From the NCBI GenBank assembly GCA_964016885.1, contig OZ024747.1, forward strand, positions 17,732,001 to 17,796,000: a stretch of DNA of 64,000 nucleotides, in the 5' to 3' direction. Source of the stretch: Eledone cirrhosa (lineage: Eukaryota). The notes beneath the pieces were generated by a model. It worked only from the letters and a program-made list of their open reading frames with translations. It ran no database searches and was not told the origin of the DNA. The position numbers and the translations under genes were made by a program. This document shows positions 13,319 through 28,231 of this stretch, one piece after another (the stretch's first letter is position 1; every line of letters begins with the position of its first letter).

Positions 13319-14185
13319 ATATATAGAGAAACACACAGATACATGCGGACACACACATATACATGAATATATCCACATCCATCCTTGAGTTAATGGTGCC
13401 AACCTTAACCGATGTTGCTCTATGAATAACTGGGACAAACCAATCCGAATGGATTAGACTGAACCAGTATCAGAGCTATAAAGTACATTATGAAGAGAGA
13501 AGAAACATTAGATATAATTAGTAATAAGATATATCATACCCAAACTGCTTCTAAATTCCTCGACTACGTAGTTTCGTGGCATAATCAAAAACAATACATC
13601 CCAGAGATATAGAGCTTTTGTGAGGTCTACCGACTTATCAAGAGGATACCTCATTAAGGGTTTCAAAAACACGTCTGTAAGATGCGAGATAGAATCCCAA
13701 AAGGCGGAGGGGGAGTCAATCACGTGATACAGCGGTCAAGAAACAGAGCTAAGCCTCTTATAACCCTGAAAGAAATACCACGGAGGCGGAGGGGGTATTT
13801 ATATCGAGGCCGTAGAAGAGGTGGTTAAGGAGGCAAGATATATATATATATATATATATATATATGGGGAACAGCTTTCATTTTAAACTGATTGTTGAAG
13901 CCACAACTACTTTCGAGTTTCAAATTCTACATTCTGGATCTTGGATCTTTTCTATTACCTATTATCTTGTTTTGTTCTTTGTTATGAAATACCTATATAA
14001 ATTCTCTTTTCCATATTGACATGGGTTCAACAGGATCTTTTGAGACAGTATTTTACAGCTGGATGCTCGTCCTGACGCCAACATTTTTATTCCCCTCTAA
14101 CAACAGGCAGGGTACACATGACAATACAAACGCGCACGCGCACACACACACATACACATACACGCATACATATATATATATATAT

Positions 14186-14338
14186 ATATGAAAAAGTGAG
14201 TCCTTCATCAGTGACCCTCCAACCGTCCTGGGCATTTCATCGCTTTAAGGGCCAGGACGGTTGGAGGGTCACTGATGAAGGACTCACTTTTTCATATGTA
14301 TCCCATTTGCAACGCCGCAGCTCCATTATTATCATATT

Positions 14339-14340
<2 letters not shown>
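14186..14340. mobile_element. TA-embedded palindromic element (family E)
   Basis: ~46-bp arms 14186-14231 / 14252-14297 plus tail; longer relative at 47590-47997. Confidence 0.7.
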
Positions 14341-14370
<30 letters not shown>

Positions 14371-14375
<5 letters not shown>

Positions 14376-14568
14376 AAGAAAATGGGGTAAGGAACCAGGT
14401 GGGCCATCAGGCACCAGAGTACTCGATACTTAGGGTAGTAGAGTGGGTAATAGGAAAAATTCAGGACCCCGATGGCTGAGCCTCGGCCGTTTCGACAGCG
14501 AGATCCGAACTGTTCGGATCTCGCTGTCGAAACTGCCGGAGCTCAGCCGTCGGGGTCCTGACTCTTTT

Positions 14569-14570
<2 letters not shown>
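14371..14570. mobile_element. Family A palindromic element
   Basis: Same long arm as other copies; fold-back at GATCCGAAC-T-GTTCGGATC; a partial copy follows at 14615-14692. Confidence 0.8.
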
Positions 14571-14617
<47 letters not shown>

Positions 14618-14796
14618 CGAAGGAAATGTGGTAAGGAACCAGGTGGACCATAACGCACCAAAGTACTCAATACTTGAGGTAGTAGAGTGGATAATATATA
14701 TATATGTGTGTGTGTGTGTATATATGTGTGTGTGTGTATATATACATATATATATACATATGCATATATATACATATATATATATTTTTTTTTTTT

Positions 14797-15080
<284 letters not shown>

Positions 15081-15942
15081 GTACGTATGTATGTCATTTC
15101 AGCTGCAAATCATAAGCTTCTGTAAATAAGATGCCACGGGCTTAGAATTCTTGAAGTAGCACAGGAAAGACAGAAAGACGAGCTGAACGATTAGCCAGAG
15201 ACCTGAGAGTATAAACAGCAGACTCTACCTGACAAAGACAGAAAGACAGACTGGTCATGGTTGGAACTCATATCATATTTATTTCTGCTCATTTAGGATT
15301 AACAAGGGGCTAAACAACTACATCAGATGTTATTATTGTTATCCTTTTATTTCAAACCTTTTCCGGAATTTTTCCCTAACGTTCAGACGTATAAACGATG
15401 GAAGGGACATAATGTGAAATGTCAGTAGTTGCTGCCCTTAGATGATTAATTTATTAAGGCTAAGTTAAACAAGGAAAACAGTGTGAGGCGATTATATATC
15501 AGCATTTTATAAATATACATTAGCTGGTCTTATCCATAACTTCAATGAAGACATTTAGAGGAATATAGAATAGAATAATACATATTTAGACATAGCAACA
15601 AACAGGGAGACTAAAATTATTAAAACATATTTCAGGGTTCAGACCAAACGCATATATAAACATACACGAATGCATAAACACAAAACATACACACACTAAT
15701 AAATGTATATAATCTGTAAACATGAGTGCGTTTATGTGTGTATGTGTGTGTGTATGTATGTGTGTGTATGTGGGGGGGGGGTATGTGTTCGCACACATGT
15801 GTGATATTACTATTTATTTATGTATTTATTTACTTAATGATTGAGAGGAGGAAGACTATAGTAAATGAGCAAGTGTTGGCGAGGTTGTATAATAATTTTT
15901 ACGTACAAAAGCATGACTAGGTTTCTGTGGGGGTTATATTTG

Positions 15943-15996
<54 letters not shown>

Positions 15997-16069
15997 GGGG
16001 GGGGGGGGGCATGCGTGTGTGGAAGAGTATATGTGAATCTTTAGGAATGTATAGATAGGTACATACATA

Positions 16070-16120
16070 GAAAGATAGATAGATAGAAAGAAAGATAGAT
16101 AGATTTCTTTATTAGCCACA
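16070..16120 (-). mobile_element. Extreme 3' end of the L1/Tx1-like LINE
   Basis: Reverse complement GTGGCTAATAAAGAAATCTATCT matches 6351-6380. Confidence 0.65.
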
Positions 16121-17657
16121 AGAAAGAAAGATAGATAGATAGATAGATGAGAGGAAGAGAAATAAAAGAAGAGAGAGTGGAGGAGAAAGAATGGAGATGG
16201 AAGTGAACTAGATGAAATCAACTCCAATCTACAGTGTCGGAAATTTCGATCAGGAGATCTTATCATCCTTTTTTTGTTTTCAGACTTTAAACATCGTTCG
16301 AGGGGGTTTTAGTCTAGAACGGGACACATACACACTTAGACACACACACACAGTAACATTTAACAAACAGGCAGAGAATGAACTGACAGCTAGCACCACC
16401 CACTCCCACATTCGGCCGCTGACCTCTGCCCGACCGACCCCATTTCACGCGCACGCGCGCTCTGCTGAATACCTCAGATATTCAAAACAACAAACAGCGG
16501 AGGACGCGTTTCGCACCTTTCCGACAGACAACCTTTCCCCCACCCCGGAAAAAAACCCCAGTTGATGGATGTGAATCCGAAATATATAGGGACAATTAAA
16601 TCTCTCCCAAGTAACTCTCTCTCGTGTTCTTATTTTTATTTTATCCTTTATACTCTTTCCTTCATTCTTCTACACGTCTTATACACACCACGCATCTCAA
16701 CGTACACCCACTTACATCTCTCTCTCCACCACCGGATCTTGTTACCCGGAGATTTACCCATTTGCATTGTCGAGGCTTCCAAACGACTTAAAGATATTTA
16801 CCTATTATTCCACAATGCTTCAAGCAAACCTCAATACTCTCTTATACAAACATTCATTCATACATACATACATTCATACATGCATACATACATATATTCA
16901 TACATACTTACATACATTTCAACATTTCAACCAGGGGTTTTCAATATTCGTAGAAGTGGGTGACCCCTTCATGATAACCAAAGATCCCCACATCTCCTGG
17001 TTTAGTCTCATTACCCAAAGTGCCTTTTTCCAGCTCCCATCTACTGGTCTACTGGTACATGCTGAGAGTAGTCTCATTCACTCGATCTATGCTCGTTACT
17101 TCCACGCACCTTTTGATAAATTTACCGAAGGCTAGATCCTCTCACTCTACTCGATTCTTCATTTCCGAGTGATATTTGAAACCTTTGATGAGAGTTCGGC
17201 ATACAATGGAAAGATTTCAGGCCTTTCTGTTGTCTCCACCACACATGTTCACCAGGTGAAGGAAATTTATCTACCCTCTTCAGTAAAAGAAAAGTGGCAT
17301 AATGACCTTCACGTTGGACTTAGCCGACAGCCTGATCCATCACAAACTCGACAACAGCTGTTTGTCATAACTCCACAGGTTAGAAATGCTCAGAAACTGA
17401 ACGAGTTCGTGCAAAGCATTTCATCTCACTGAGCGCAACTTAGACAGTTCCGGCTTACATCATTTCTTTGCCTGTAAAGTACGTCTCAAACCGGCAGTCC
17501 CCTGCTCTTAGACAGTACTGCAACCCAAGGCATGTCTGCAAATTATCAGTAGCCTCGTTGCTGAAAATTCGACGAAATAGAATAACCAGTTGGTTTTCGT
17601 CACTATCCAGAGTTTCCCGGAGGACATCGTCTCTTTTCCTTATGCACGTTCCTTTAC

Positions 17658-17790
17658 ATAATTGTTTCTACTTTTGGCACAAGGCCAGTAAATACCCAGT
17701 ACATTACTGGTACTTTATTTTATCGACCCCGTAAGGATGAAAGGCAAAATTAACCTCGGCGGGATTTGAACTCAGAATGGCAAGGGTTCC
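17658..17790 (-). mobile_element. SINE family C
   Basis: Consensus GGCACAAGGCC...GATTTGAACTCAG. Confidence 0.85.
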
Positions 17791-17899
17791 TTTACATAAT
17801 GTTAATGTGGAAGCTCTGCTGGACGTGTTGCCCTATTGATAGACGGCTATGAATGTTTGAAACATTCTCCCGATGACAGACATACAGAACTGGTCTGTG

Positions 17900-18350
17900 A
17901 TTGACGTACAACTGTGCATCTGCTAAAGTGACGTGCTAGGAAAAACACATGCGAGATAAAGAGCGTCCAGGAATCTTCGCAGATGACGCAGCCTCGGTGC
18001 ATGTGTGCGCATCATCAGCCTTGATATATCGTATACCATTTGCAGAAGCTGTTGGCAACTGATTGAACGGCTGACAAGTGGAATGCCTCCCTTCCACAGA
18101 AAACTAAAGATAGGTACAATGGCGATGACATACATATATCTTCTTCTCAGTTCATCTCTAGGTGAGACTGACCATACTATTTATAATCTCGTCCTAGTTC
18201 CTATTCAAATGGATGGTCTGACCAAGCCAGATTCAAAGCAACTAGAACTGATCCGTCGATCAAGTCCTCTACTATGCTAACCGTCGGTATGAACTTCACC
18301 TCTCAAGATGACCACCGATTTGGTAGAATCGTTGTTTTCTGAGATCAACA
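17900..18350 (-). pseudogene. Degraded L1/Tx1-like ORF2 fragment
   Basis: Minus-strand FLWKGGIPLVSRSISCQ and RTHAPRLRHL align with FLWKRRAPLVRRSICCQ and RKHALRLRHL of ORF 5051-6127. Confidence 0.7.
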
Positions 18351-18614
18351 TCCTCCATGCGACCAAAAAATGTACAATCAACAAGCAAACTACAATATTC
18401 AAAATTTATGATTTTGTTTTTGTGTTTTTGTATATTGATTTCATGTTAACATCAAATTGAAGAAACACAAAACATGAACAATCAAACATTTTTATTTAAA
18501 ACATTGAAATTTTAAAATAAGAAACTAAAAACTAAAAAGTACAGATAAGACAGGCAACACTGCTAGCTGTAATGTTATACACAGTGAGAATACTAAAACT
18601 AACTTTCCACCATC

Positions 18615-18920
18615 TCTTGCTGCTGCTCTTGTTGCTGCTCTTGCTGCTGGTGTTACTGCTACTGCTGTTGTTGTTGCTCTTGCTACTGCTGTCGTTGCTG
18701 CTCTTGCTGCTGGTGTTACTGCTACTGCTGTTGTTGTTGCTCTTGCTACTGCTGTCGTTGCTGCTCTTGCTGCTGGTGTTACTGCTACTGCTGTTGTTGT
18801 TGCTCTTGCTACTGCTGTCGTTGCTGCTCTTGCTGTTGGTGTTACTGCTACTGCTGTTGTTGCTGCTGTTGTTTTTTTTCTTTTTTTGTCGTTGCTGCTG
18901 TTGTTGTTGTTATTGTCGTC

Positions 18921-18951
<31 letters not shown>

Positions 18952-19722
18952 TTATTTTTGTTGATGTTTGTTTTTGTTGTTGTTGCTGCTGCTGGTGTTG
19001 TTGTTGTTGTTGTTGTTGTTGTTGATCTTGTTGTTGTTGTTGTTGTTATTTTTGTTGATGTTGTTTGTTTTTGTTGTTGTCGCTGCTGCTGTTGTTGTTA
19101 TTGTTGTTGTTGTTGTTGTTATTGTCATTGTTGTTGTTATTGTCGTCGTTGTTGTTATTGTCGTTGTCGTTGTTGTTCTTGTTGTTCTTGTTGTTTTTGT
19201 TGCTGCTGTTGTCGTTGTTGTTGCTGTTGTTGTTTTTGTTGATGTTGTTGTTGATGTTGTTGTTGCTGCTGCTGCTGTTATTATTATTGTCGCTGTTATT
19301 GTTTTTGCTGTGTTGTTGCTGCTGCTGTTGTTGTTATTGTCGTTGTTGTTGTTATTGTTGTCGTTGTTGTTGTTGTTGTTGTTGTTGTTGTTGCTGTTGT
19401 TGTTGTTGTTGTTGTTGTTGCTGCTGCTGTTTTTGTTGATGTTTTTGTTTTTGTTGTTGCTGCTGCTGCTGCTGTTATTATTGTCGCTGTTGTTGTTTTT
19501 GTTGTGTTGTTGCTGCTGCTGTTGTTGTTATTGTCGTTGTTGTTCTTATTGTTGTTGTTGTTTTTGCTGTTGTTGTTGCTGCTGCTGTTTTTGTTGAAGT
19601 CGTTGTTGTTTTTGTTGTTGTTGCTGTTGTTGTTATTGTCGTTGATGTTGTTGTTGTTGTTGTTGTTATTGTCGTTGTTGTTGTTGTTGGTTTTGTTGAT
19701 GATGATGTTGTTGTTTTTGTTG
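18615..19722. repeat. (CTG/TTG)n and (GTT)n arrays, including a 60-bp higher-order unit
   Basis: Direct reading. Confidence 0.95.
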
Positions 19723-19875
19723 TAATATTCTGGCTTATTTGTTCTTGTTTTCTTCCTGTCAGTCTTTTTTCTCGCAATATTTCTTTATTCACTAAATGTC
19801 ATATGTTAATAAAACTTCATGTTAAAAAAGGTGAGATGGTGATATCAAGACCAAAGTAAATGTTTACAGACCTCT

Positions 19876-19942
<67 letters not shown>

Positions 19943-19957
19943 TGTGTGTGTGCGTGC

Positions 19958-20001
<44 letters not shown>

Positions 20002-20287
20002 ATGTATGTGTGTATGTATGTATCTGTTATAATGATTATATACCCTACGGTTAAGCTTCTTCCATTTCGATAGCAAATGAGAAATAAACCTTTTTTTATT
20101 TCATTTGGATTCAGATCTATCTCACACGGGGGTGTGGCTATAATTTGATTGACAGGAGAGGATATATTTACTGAGGGATAAATTTGTGACGAGTCCAGTT
20201 ACGAACAAAGGGGAAAACAGTTCAAATGTTTACAATTAAATACGTACAGGGCAAGAATGAAATTGAGTTGATACAGTGGGTTATTAA

Positions 20288-20805
20288 ATAATTGTTTCTA
20301 CTTTAGGCCCCAGGACAGAAATTTGAAGGAAAAAGGAAAGTCGATTAAATGGAGCCCAGTGCATTACTGGTACTTATTTTATCGACCCCGTAAGGATGAA
20401 AGGCAAAGCTAACCTCAGTGAGGTTTTAACTCAGAATGTAAAGAACCGTAACTATATGCCACAAAGCATGGCGTCTGACGCTGCACCGATACTGCCAATT
20501 CCACCAGTGAGCTATTAATAATGGCCGATTAAATCGACCCCAATGCATGACTGGTACTTTATTTTATCGACCCCGTAAGGAGGAAAGGCAAAGTTAACCT
20601 CAGTGGGAGGTAAGCAGAACGTAAAGAACCGTAATTATATGCCACATAGCAAGGTGTCCGACACTCCACCGATTGTGCCAGTCCACCAGTGGGCCATTAA
20701 ATAATTGTTTCTACTTTTGGCACAAGGCCAGCAATTATCCCAATGTATTATTGGTACTTTATTTTATCGACCCTGTAAGGATGAAAGGCAAAGTTAACCT
20801 CGGCC
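20288..20805 (-). mobile_element. Three tandem SINE family C copies
   Basis: Three ATCGACCC.GTAAGGA.GAAAGGCAAAG cores. Confidence 0.85.
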
Positions 20806-21062
20806 AAATTAGATATTTGTTATGGATGAAATTATTCTACATTGGGGATGTGTTTGCTGCTCTTTATTTCCGTCTTCCGTTTTCTAGGTAATTTTATGGC
20901 TTTGGTGGTTTCTTAATATAGGTTCGTCTCCCCAATCTAGTTTGTATGTCTGTATTTTCTGTTGGTTCTATGGAGATCTACTGTCATTTTCTTTTAGAAG
21001 GAAATGAAATAAAGGATTCTGTTGGTACGAATTTTTTTGTGGGTGTTATTATGTGTTATTAT

Positions 21063-21251
21063 GCGGTGGATTGACAGTATCGGTAGAGGGTCGGACGCCA
21101 TGCTTTCCAGCATAGTTACGTCCCTTTACGATCTGAGTTCAAATCCCGCCGAGGTTGACTTTGCCTTTCATCGTTACGGGGTCGATAAAATAAAGTACCA
21201 GTAATGCACTGGGTAATTTGCTGGCCTTGTGCCTGAAGTAGAAACAATTAT
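21063..21251 (+). mobile_element. SINE family C, near full length
   Basis: GGCAGTATCGGTAGAG-like A-box, GAGTTCAAATCCC B-box, GCCTTTCATC.TTACGGGGTCGATAAAATAAAGTACC core. Confidence 0.85.
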
Positions 21252-21739
21252 GTGGGGTTTTGTACAGGTGCTGTGTAAGGGAGTCTTTTTTTTAGCTTGG
21301 CTAATAATTGGATAAATTAGATAGGTGGACAGACAAATTGTGTAAGCCTTTGGTTGGTTAGGGAATTTTGTTGGCTATTGCTGAATGTTGCGTGTGTTGG
21401 TGGTATCGTTATATCTATCATAATGTATGCTTTATTCTACAAGAAAGGTTTTGCTAAAGTGGTTGGTATAATAGTGTTGTGTAATGGAGTGTTTCCTTGT
21501 TTGGGAAATTTTTAGTGTCGTTTGGAGTTTCTTCAGAGTATTATTTGGTTCGTATTGTGGGCGGCAAGCCTTTAGTTGTGTGTGTATAAGCCAATCAATG
21601 TTATAATATTGTATAGACTATCTCTCACACGAAGACAATGACCTGTGAAATACATACGTTCTAAAATTCTTATTTAGAATTCATTGAACACAACACAAAT
21701 ATAAGACAAATAGGTTCTAATGTTCTCAATGAACGGATT

Positions 21740-21814
<75 letters not shown>

Positions 21815-22252
21815 ATCTATCTTTCTCTCTCCCACTTTATCTAAATATATAACCACTCCTCACTTAACGGCTATATCATTTAGTGATCGCTCACACTTAC
21901 GATGATTATCATACCATTATCAACACTACGCCCGCTGTTCTAGAACTAACATTAAATCTCTGTGATCCATTCGTCGTCAGTCAGTCTTTAATGTATCGGT
22001 GGCAATCCATTACCATATCGTAAATCTTTACATCTTTCATTAAAATAAAACAAAATTGCAATGATACCCAAAGACAAAACACCACTTCCTCTAATGAAAA
22101 CAGTATGGAGCAAATTAATTCTATTGATCTTGAGATGAAAATGAAATTTGTCGATGACTTCGATGCTGAAAAGAAAGTGAGGATGACAGGTGGTGATGTC
22201 GAAGGGGATATCTTGCTGCCAAGGACTCTATCACACGTGGGGAGACTTTGAA

Positions 22253-22416
22253 ATAATTGTTTCTACTTTTGGCACAAGGCCAGCAATTACCCAGTGTATT
22301 ACAGGTACTTTATTTTATCGACCCCGTAAGGATGAAAGACAAAGTTAACCTCGGCGGGATTTGAACTCAGAATAGCAAGGGCCGTAACTCTATGCGTTAA
22401 AGCATGGCGTCCGACT
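22253..22416 (-). mobile_element. SINE family C
   Basis: Consensus match. Confidence 0.85.
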
Positions 22417-23335
22417 GGGTGTTATAACTAAGTCGTTCGAACAAACCCTATTCGTTGATTAAGAAAAATATACACTCAATATGGCCGAATAAAGGAGAAA
22501 GAAGCTATGAACTGATTGTGTATGTTAACAATGTGTGGTGCGAAAATGGCCGAGCGGGTCACACAACCGTAGGACAGAGAATCCTTTTAATACTAAATGT
22601 GTGTGTGAGAGTGTGTGTGTATGTGTGTGTGAGTGTGTGTGAGTGTCAGTGTGCGTTTGTATGTGTGTGCGTGTGTGTGTGTGTTCGTGTATGTGTGTAT
22701 GTGTGTGTGTGTATGCGTATGTGTGTATGTGTGTGTGAGTGTGTGTGTGTGAGTGTCAGTGTGCGTTTGTATGTGTGTGCGTGCGTGTGTGTGTGTGTGT
22801 GTATGTTCGTGTATGTGTGCGTGTGTGTTCGTGTGTTTGTGTGTTAGTGTATGTGAGTGTCAGTGTGCGTTTGTGTGTGTGTGCGTGCGTGCGTGTGTGT
22901 GTGTGTGTGTTCGTGTATGTGTGCGTGTGTGTTCGTGTGTTTGTGTGTTAGTGTATGTGACTGTGAGTGTGTGTTTGTGTGTGCGTGTGTGTGTGTTCAT
23001 GTGTGTGTGTATGTGTATATGTGCATTGATTTTTCTTAAGGGGAGGACTGGGAAGGAGGGCTAAAAAAGAATTTTTAAAAAAAATTAAAAAAGACAGATA
23101 TTCTGACATTATTTATCACATGATAGAATAATAAAGAATATTTCTAAGGCAACGTTAAAGTCAAAGCTTGAAACATGTCTGTTGTTGTATCTTAGTTTAA
23201 CTTGTAATGTATTATATTTTGTTCCTGTTTTCGTGTTTGGTATTTTGTGCTATATATGTGTCTGTGTGTATGTGTGTGTGTGTATGTGTGTGTATGTATG
23301 TGTGTGCTTGTGTGCTTGTGTGTGTGTATATGTGC

Positions 23336-23383
<48 letters not shown>

Positions 23384-23859
23384 GTACTTGTGTGTGTGTG
23401 TGTGTATCTATGTGTGTGTATGTATGTGTGTGTATATGTGTGTGTGTGTAGGGGTGTATGTGCGCTTGTGTATATATGTGTGTGTGTGTTTTTTCCTGTG
23501 TGTGTGTGTGTTTGTTTTCATGTGTGTGAAAGTGTACTTGTGTGTATATGTGTGTGTGTTTGTGTGTATGTGTGTGTGTTTGTGTGTATGTGTGTGTTTG
23601 TGTGTGTGTGTATGTGTGTGTGCGTGTGTGTATGTTGCCGTTTTCATATTTAATTTTTAGAATGACAACGAAATAAGATGTTTCCTTGTCTTTATTTATT
23701 TATTTATTTACTTATTGATATTTGATTTTTTTTTGTGTTTGTTTTTTCAAAGTTACCGTTTTGTCTGTTGCTATAACAACCAGCATTGTCTCCTCATCCT
23801 TTTCATTCTCCTCTTCCTTTCCCTCATCATATTTAACCTCCTTCTCTGATATATATATG

Positions 23860-23891
<32 letters not shown>

Positions 23892-23951
23892 ATGTGTGTG
23901 TATGCGTCCGTATGAGTGGGTGTGTGTGTGTGCATGTGTGTGTATGCGTCC

Positions 23952-23989
<38 letters not shown>

Positions 23990-24005
23990 GTGTGTGTATG
24001 CGTCC

Positions 24006-24042
<37 letters not shown>

Positions 24043-24479
24043 TGTGTGTGTATGCGTCCGTATGAGTGGGTGTGTGTGTGTGCATGTGTGTGTATGCGTC
24101 CGTGTGAGTGTGTGTGTGTGTGTGCGCGTGTGTGTGTATGCGTCCGTGTGAGTGTGTGAGTGTGTGTGTGTGTGTGTGCGTGTGTGTGTATGCGTCCGTG
24201 TGAGTGTGTGTCTGTGTGTGTGTGTACAAAATACCACTTGTGCCATCATCATAACGAAACGAATCAATCGTTGCCCTCACAATCACCGCCATTGCCACCA
24301 TCATCCCCACCGCCATCTCCATTACTCGAACCACCACCATCATTACCACTACCACAATAATCATCACCGCTACCACCACTACCTTCAATACCATCCCCCA
24401 CTAGTGTCATCCTATCATTATCAGCCCCACCAACATCCTCATCACTACCACAACTACCATCGCTACTACCAGAAACATC

Positions 24480-26460
24480 ACCCCCACCACAACCACAACA
24501 ACAACCACTACAACCACAACCACAGCCACAACCACTACAGTCATCGCCACCACTATACCACCACTATACCACCACTACAACCACTACAACCACTACAACC
24601 ACAACCACAGCCACAACCACTACAGTCATCGCCACAACTATACCACCACTACAACCACTACAACCACTACAACCACAACCACAACCACAACCACTACAGT
24701 CATCGCCACCACTATACCACCACTATACCACCACTACAACCACAACCACAGCCACAACCACTACAGTCATCGCCACCACTATACCACCACTATACCACCA
24801 CTACAACCACTACAACCACTACAACCACAACCACAGCCACAACCACTACAGTCATCGCCACAACTATACCACCACTACAACCACTACAACCACTACAACC
24901 ACAACCACAGCCACAACCACTACAGTCATCGCCACCACTATACCACCACTATACCACCACTACAACCACTACAACCACAACCACTAGAGTCATCGCCACC
25001 ACTATACCACCACTATACCACCACTACAACCACTACAACCACTACAACCACAACCACAGCCACAACCACTACAGTCATCGCCACAACTATACCACCACTA
25101 CAACCACTACAACCACTACAACCACAACCACAGCCACAACCACTACAGTCATCGCCACCACTATACCACCACTATACCACCACTACAACCACTACAACCA
25201 CAACCACTAGAGTCATCGCCACCACTATACCACCACTATACCACCACTACAACCACTACAACCACTACAACCACAACCACAGCCACAACCACTACAGTCA
25301 TCGCCACAACTATACCACCACTACAACCACTACAACCACTACAACCACAACCACAGCCACAACCACTACAGTCATCGCCACCACTATACCACCACTATAC
25401 CACCACTATACCACCACTACAACCACTACAACCACAACCACTACAGTCATCGCCACCACTATACCACCACTATACCACCACTACAACCACTACAACCACT
25501 ACAACCACTACAACCACAACCACAGCCACAACCACTACAGTCATCGCCACAACTATACCACCACTACAACCACTACAACCACTACAACCACAACCACAGC
25601 CACAACCACTACAGTCATCGCCACCACTATACCACCACTATACCACCACTACAACCACTACAACCACAACCACTACAGTCATCGCCACCACTATACCATC
25701 ACTACAACCACCACAACCACAACCACAGCCACAACCACTACAGTCATCGCCACCACAGCCACAACCACTACAGTCATCGCCACCACTATATCACCACTAC
25801 AACCACCACAACCACAACCACAGCCACAACTACTACAGTCATCGCCACCACTATACCACCACAATGACCAGCAACATTCCCACCACTACAACCATCACAA
25901 CCACCACAACCACAACCACTACACTCACCACAATCACAGCCATGACCACGACAATCACAACCACAACAACAGCCACGACCACGACAACCACAACCACCAC
26001 AACTACTACAATCACCACAGACACAGCCACGACGACTACAGCCACCACAACCACTATACTCACCACAACCACAACCACAACCACTACAATCACCACAGCC
26101 ACGACCACTACACTCACCACAACCACGACCACTACCACTACAATCACCACAACCACAACCACGACCACTACAATCACCACAACCACAACCACGACCACTA
26201 CCTCTGCAGCCACCACAACCACAGCCACGACCACTACACTCACCACAACCACGACCACCACCACTACAATCACCACAACCACAACCACGACCACTACCTC
26301 TGCAGCCACCACAACCACAGCCACGACCACTACACTCACTACAATCACGACCACCACCACTACAATCACCACAACCACAACCACGACCACACTACCTCTG
26401 CAACCACCACAACCACAGCCACGACCACAACAGCCACCACCACCACAGCCACCACCACTA
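24480..26460. repeat. Complex (ACC/ACT/ACA) minisatellite with recurring CAGTCATCGCC unit
   Basis: More than 20 CAGTCATCGCCAC units in an ACCACA/ACCACT background. Confidence 0.9.
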
Positions 26461-27708
26461 CAGCCGTTGCACCAACTTCACCACCTGTAATTACTGTTAC
26501 CACCAAACTCAAGGAGTATCATTACAATATATTTTTGCATTGTTTTATTGACAAAATGTCTGCAATGTCTATTGTTGTTGTTTTGGGAGTTTTTTTTCTA
26601 TAATTTCTGTTCATTTTTTTCTCCCTTGTCGCTGTTCTTTGCACACAAAAAAAAACAACAAAAGAAAGAATATCAAAACAAGATGAAGTAACAACGGAAA
26701 TTCTTTTCTTGTAAGAATGGAAGAAAATATAATTTGATTTTATAAAGAACAAAATTGCTGTCTCCAGACCTCTCGAAAGATCCATAGATATAGAGGGTGG
26801 TGGTAGAAGGGATGTTGGCTTGTTGCTTTTGTTGTTGCTGTCGTCATTGTCAATGTTGCTTTTGTTATTGTTGCCGCCATTGTTGTTTTTGTTATCGTTG
26901 TCGCCATTTTTTATGTTGTTTTTGTTATCATTATCGCCATTTTTGTTGTTGTTGTCACCATTTTTGGTGTTGTTTTTTTTGTTGTTGTTGCCGTCATTTT
27001 TAATGTTATTGTTGTTGCTGAGTGAGCAGAACTTTAATCAATGGTATTCCAATCAAGATTATCCTATCATTTCATATTTTTTTCTTGTTCTTAACGTGTG
27101 GTTTATCTAGCACAATATAAACAGTGTCTTGAGATTTAGTGTAACTAGGACACCAGTACCATTATCTTAAGACGTAGTATATCTAAGACATTAATAATAA
27201 TATTGTCTTAAAATATATAGTTTATTTAGGACATGTACATTAACAGTCTTAAGCTGGAGTGTACCTGAAACAACGTCTTAAGATGTAGTGTATCTAAGAC
27301 ATTTACAATAATATTGTCTTAAGATCTAATGTATCTAAGACATTAATGATAATATTGTCTTAAGATATATAGTTTATTTAGGACATTTACGTTAACATTC
27401 CCTTAAGCTGGGATGTATCTGAAGTAACGTCTTAAGATGTAGTGTATCTAAGACATTTACAATAATATTATCTTAAGATTTAGTGTATCTAGGACATTAA
27501 TTATAATATTGTCTTAAGATGTAGCGTATCTAGGACATAAGCTTTAACCTTGTTTTAAAGCTTACTGTATCTAAAACAACAATGTAGTGTATCTTAGACA
27601 TATTGTCTTAAGATATAGTGTACCTAAGACATTGATTTTTACATTGTCTTAAGTTGTAGTGTATCTAGGACAACAGTAACATTTTTTAAAGATGTTGTAT
27701 ATCTAGAA

Positions 27709-28030
27709 AAGAGATTCTCAAAGTGGGCGCAACCGCTTCCCGGGGCGTTGAGAAGGTCCAGAGGCTCTGGCGCCGAAGGTGGGGTAGAGATTATTTAATA
27801 GTATATTAAATATCAAATGATACATATTATATATAAATATAGTAAAATAAAAATATACAATATTTATTTATAAATAGTCTATATTATATGATTTATTATA
27901 TATGAAGTAACGATTTTATTTATTATATTTTATTTACAATTTGCATGTAGGCAGATCTCTCTGGAAATATGGTTGGGGGTATTAGGTAGCCGTGAGGGTG
28001 GCGGTGGCCTGAAAGGTTTGAGAACATCTG
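27709..28030. mobile_element. hAT (Charlie-like) MITE
   Basis: 8-bp TSD ATCTAGAA at 27701-27708 and 28031-28038; TIRs AAGAGATTCTCAAA / TTTGAGAACATCTG. Confidence 0.75.
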
Positions 28031-28231
28031 ATCTAGAATAACCATATGGTCTTAAAATGTAAAGCATTTAAGACATTAATGATAATATTGTCATAAGATT
28101 TAATATATCTAAAACAACAATAATATTGTTATAGGATGTAGTAAATCTATGACACCAACGTTAACATCGCCTTAAGATGTATATCTGGGATATTAACAGT
28201 ACTATTTTCTTAAGCTGTGGCGTATCTAGAG

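Noticed and set aside
14265-14297. Hammerhead in family E (CTGATGA)
   Set aside because: No downstream stem II-GAAA in the correct order
24152-26490. Mucin-like or His/Thr-rich ORFs
   Set aside because: Stop-poor tandem repeat open in several frames, with no unique domain or splice evidence
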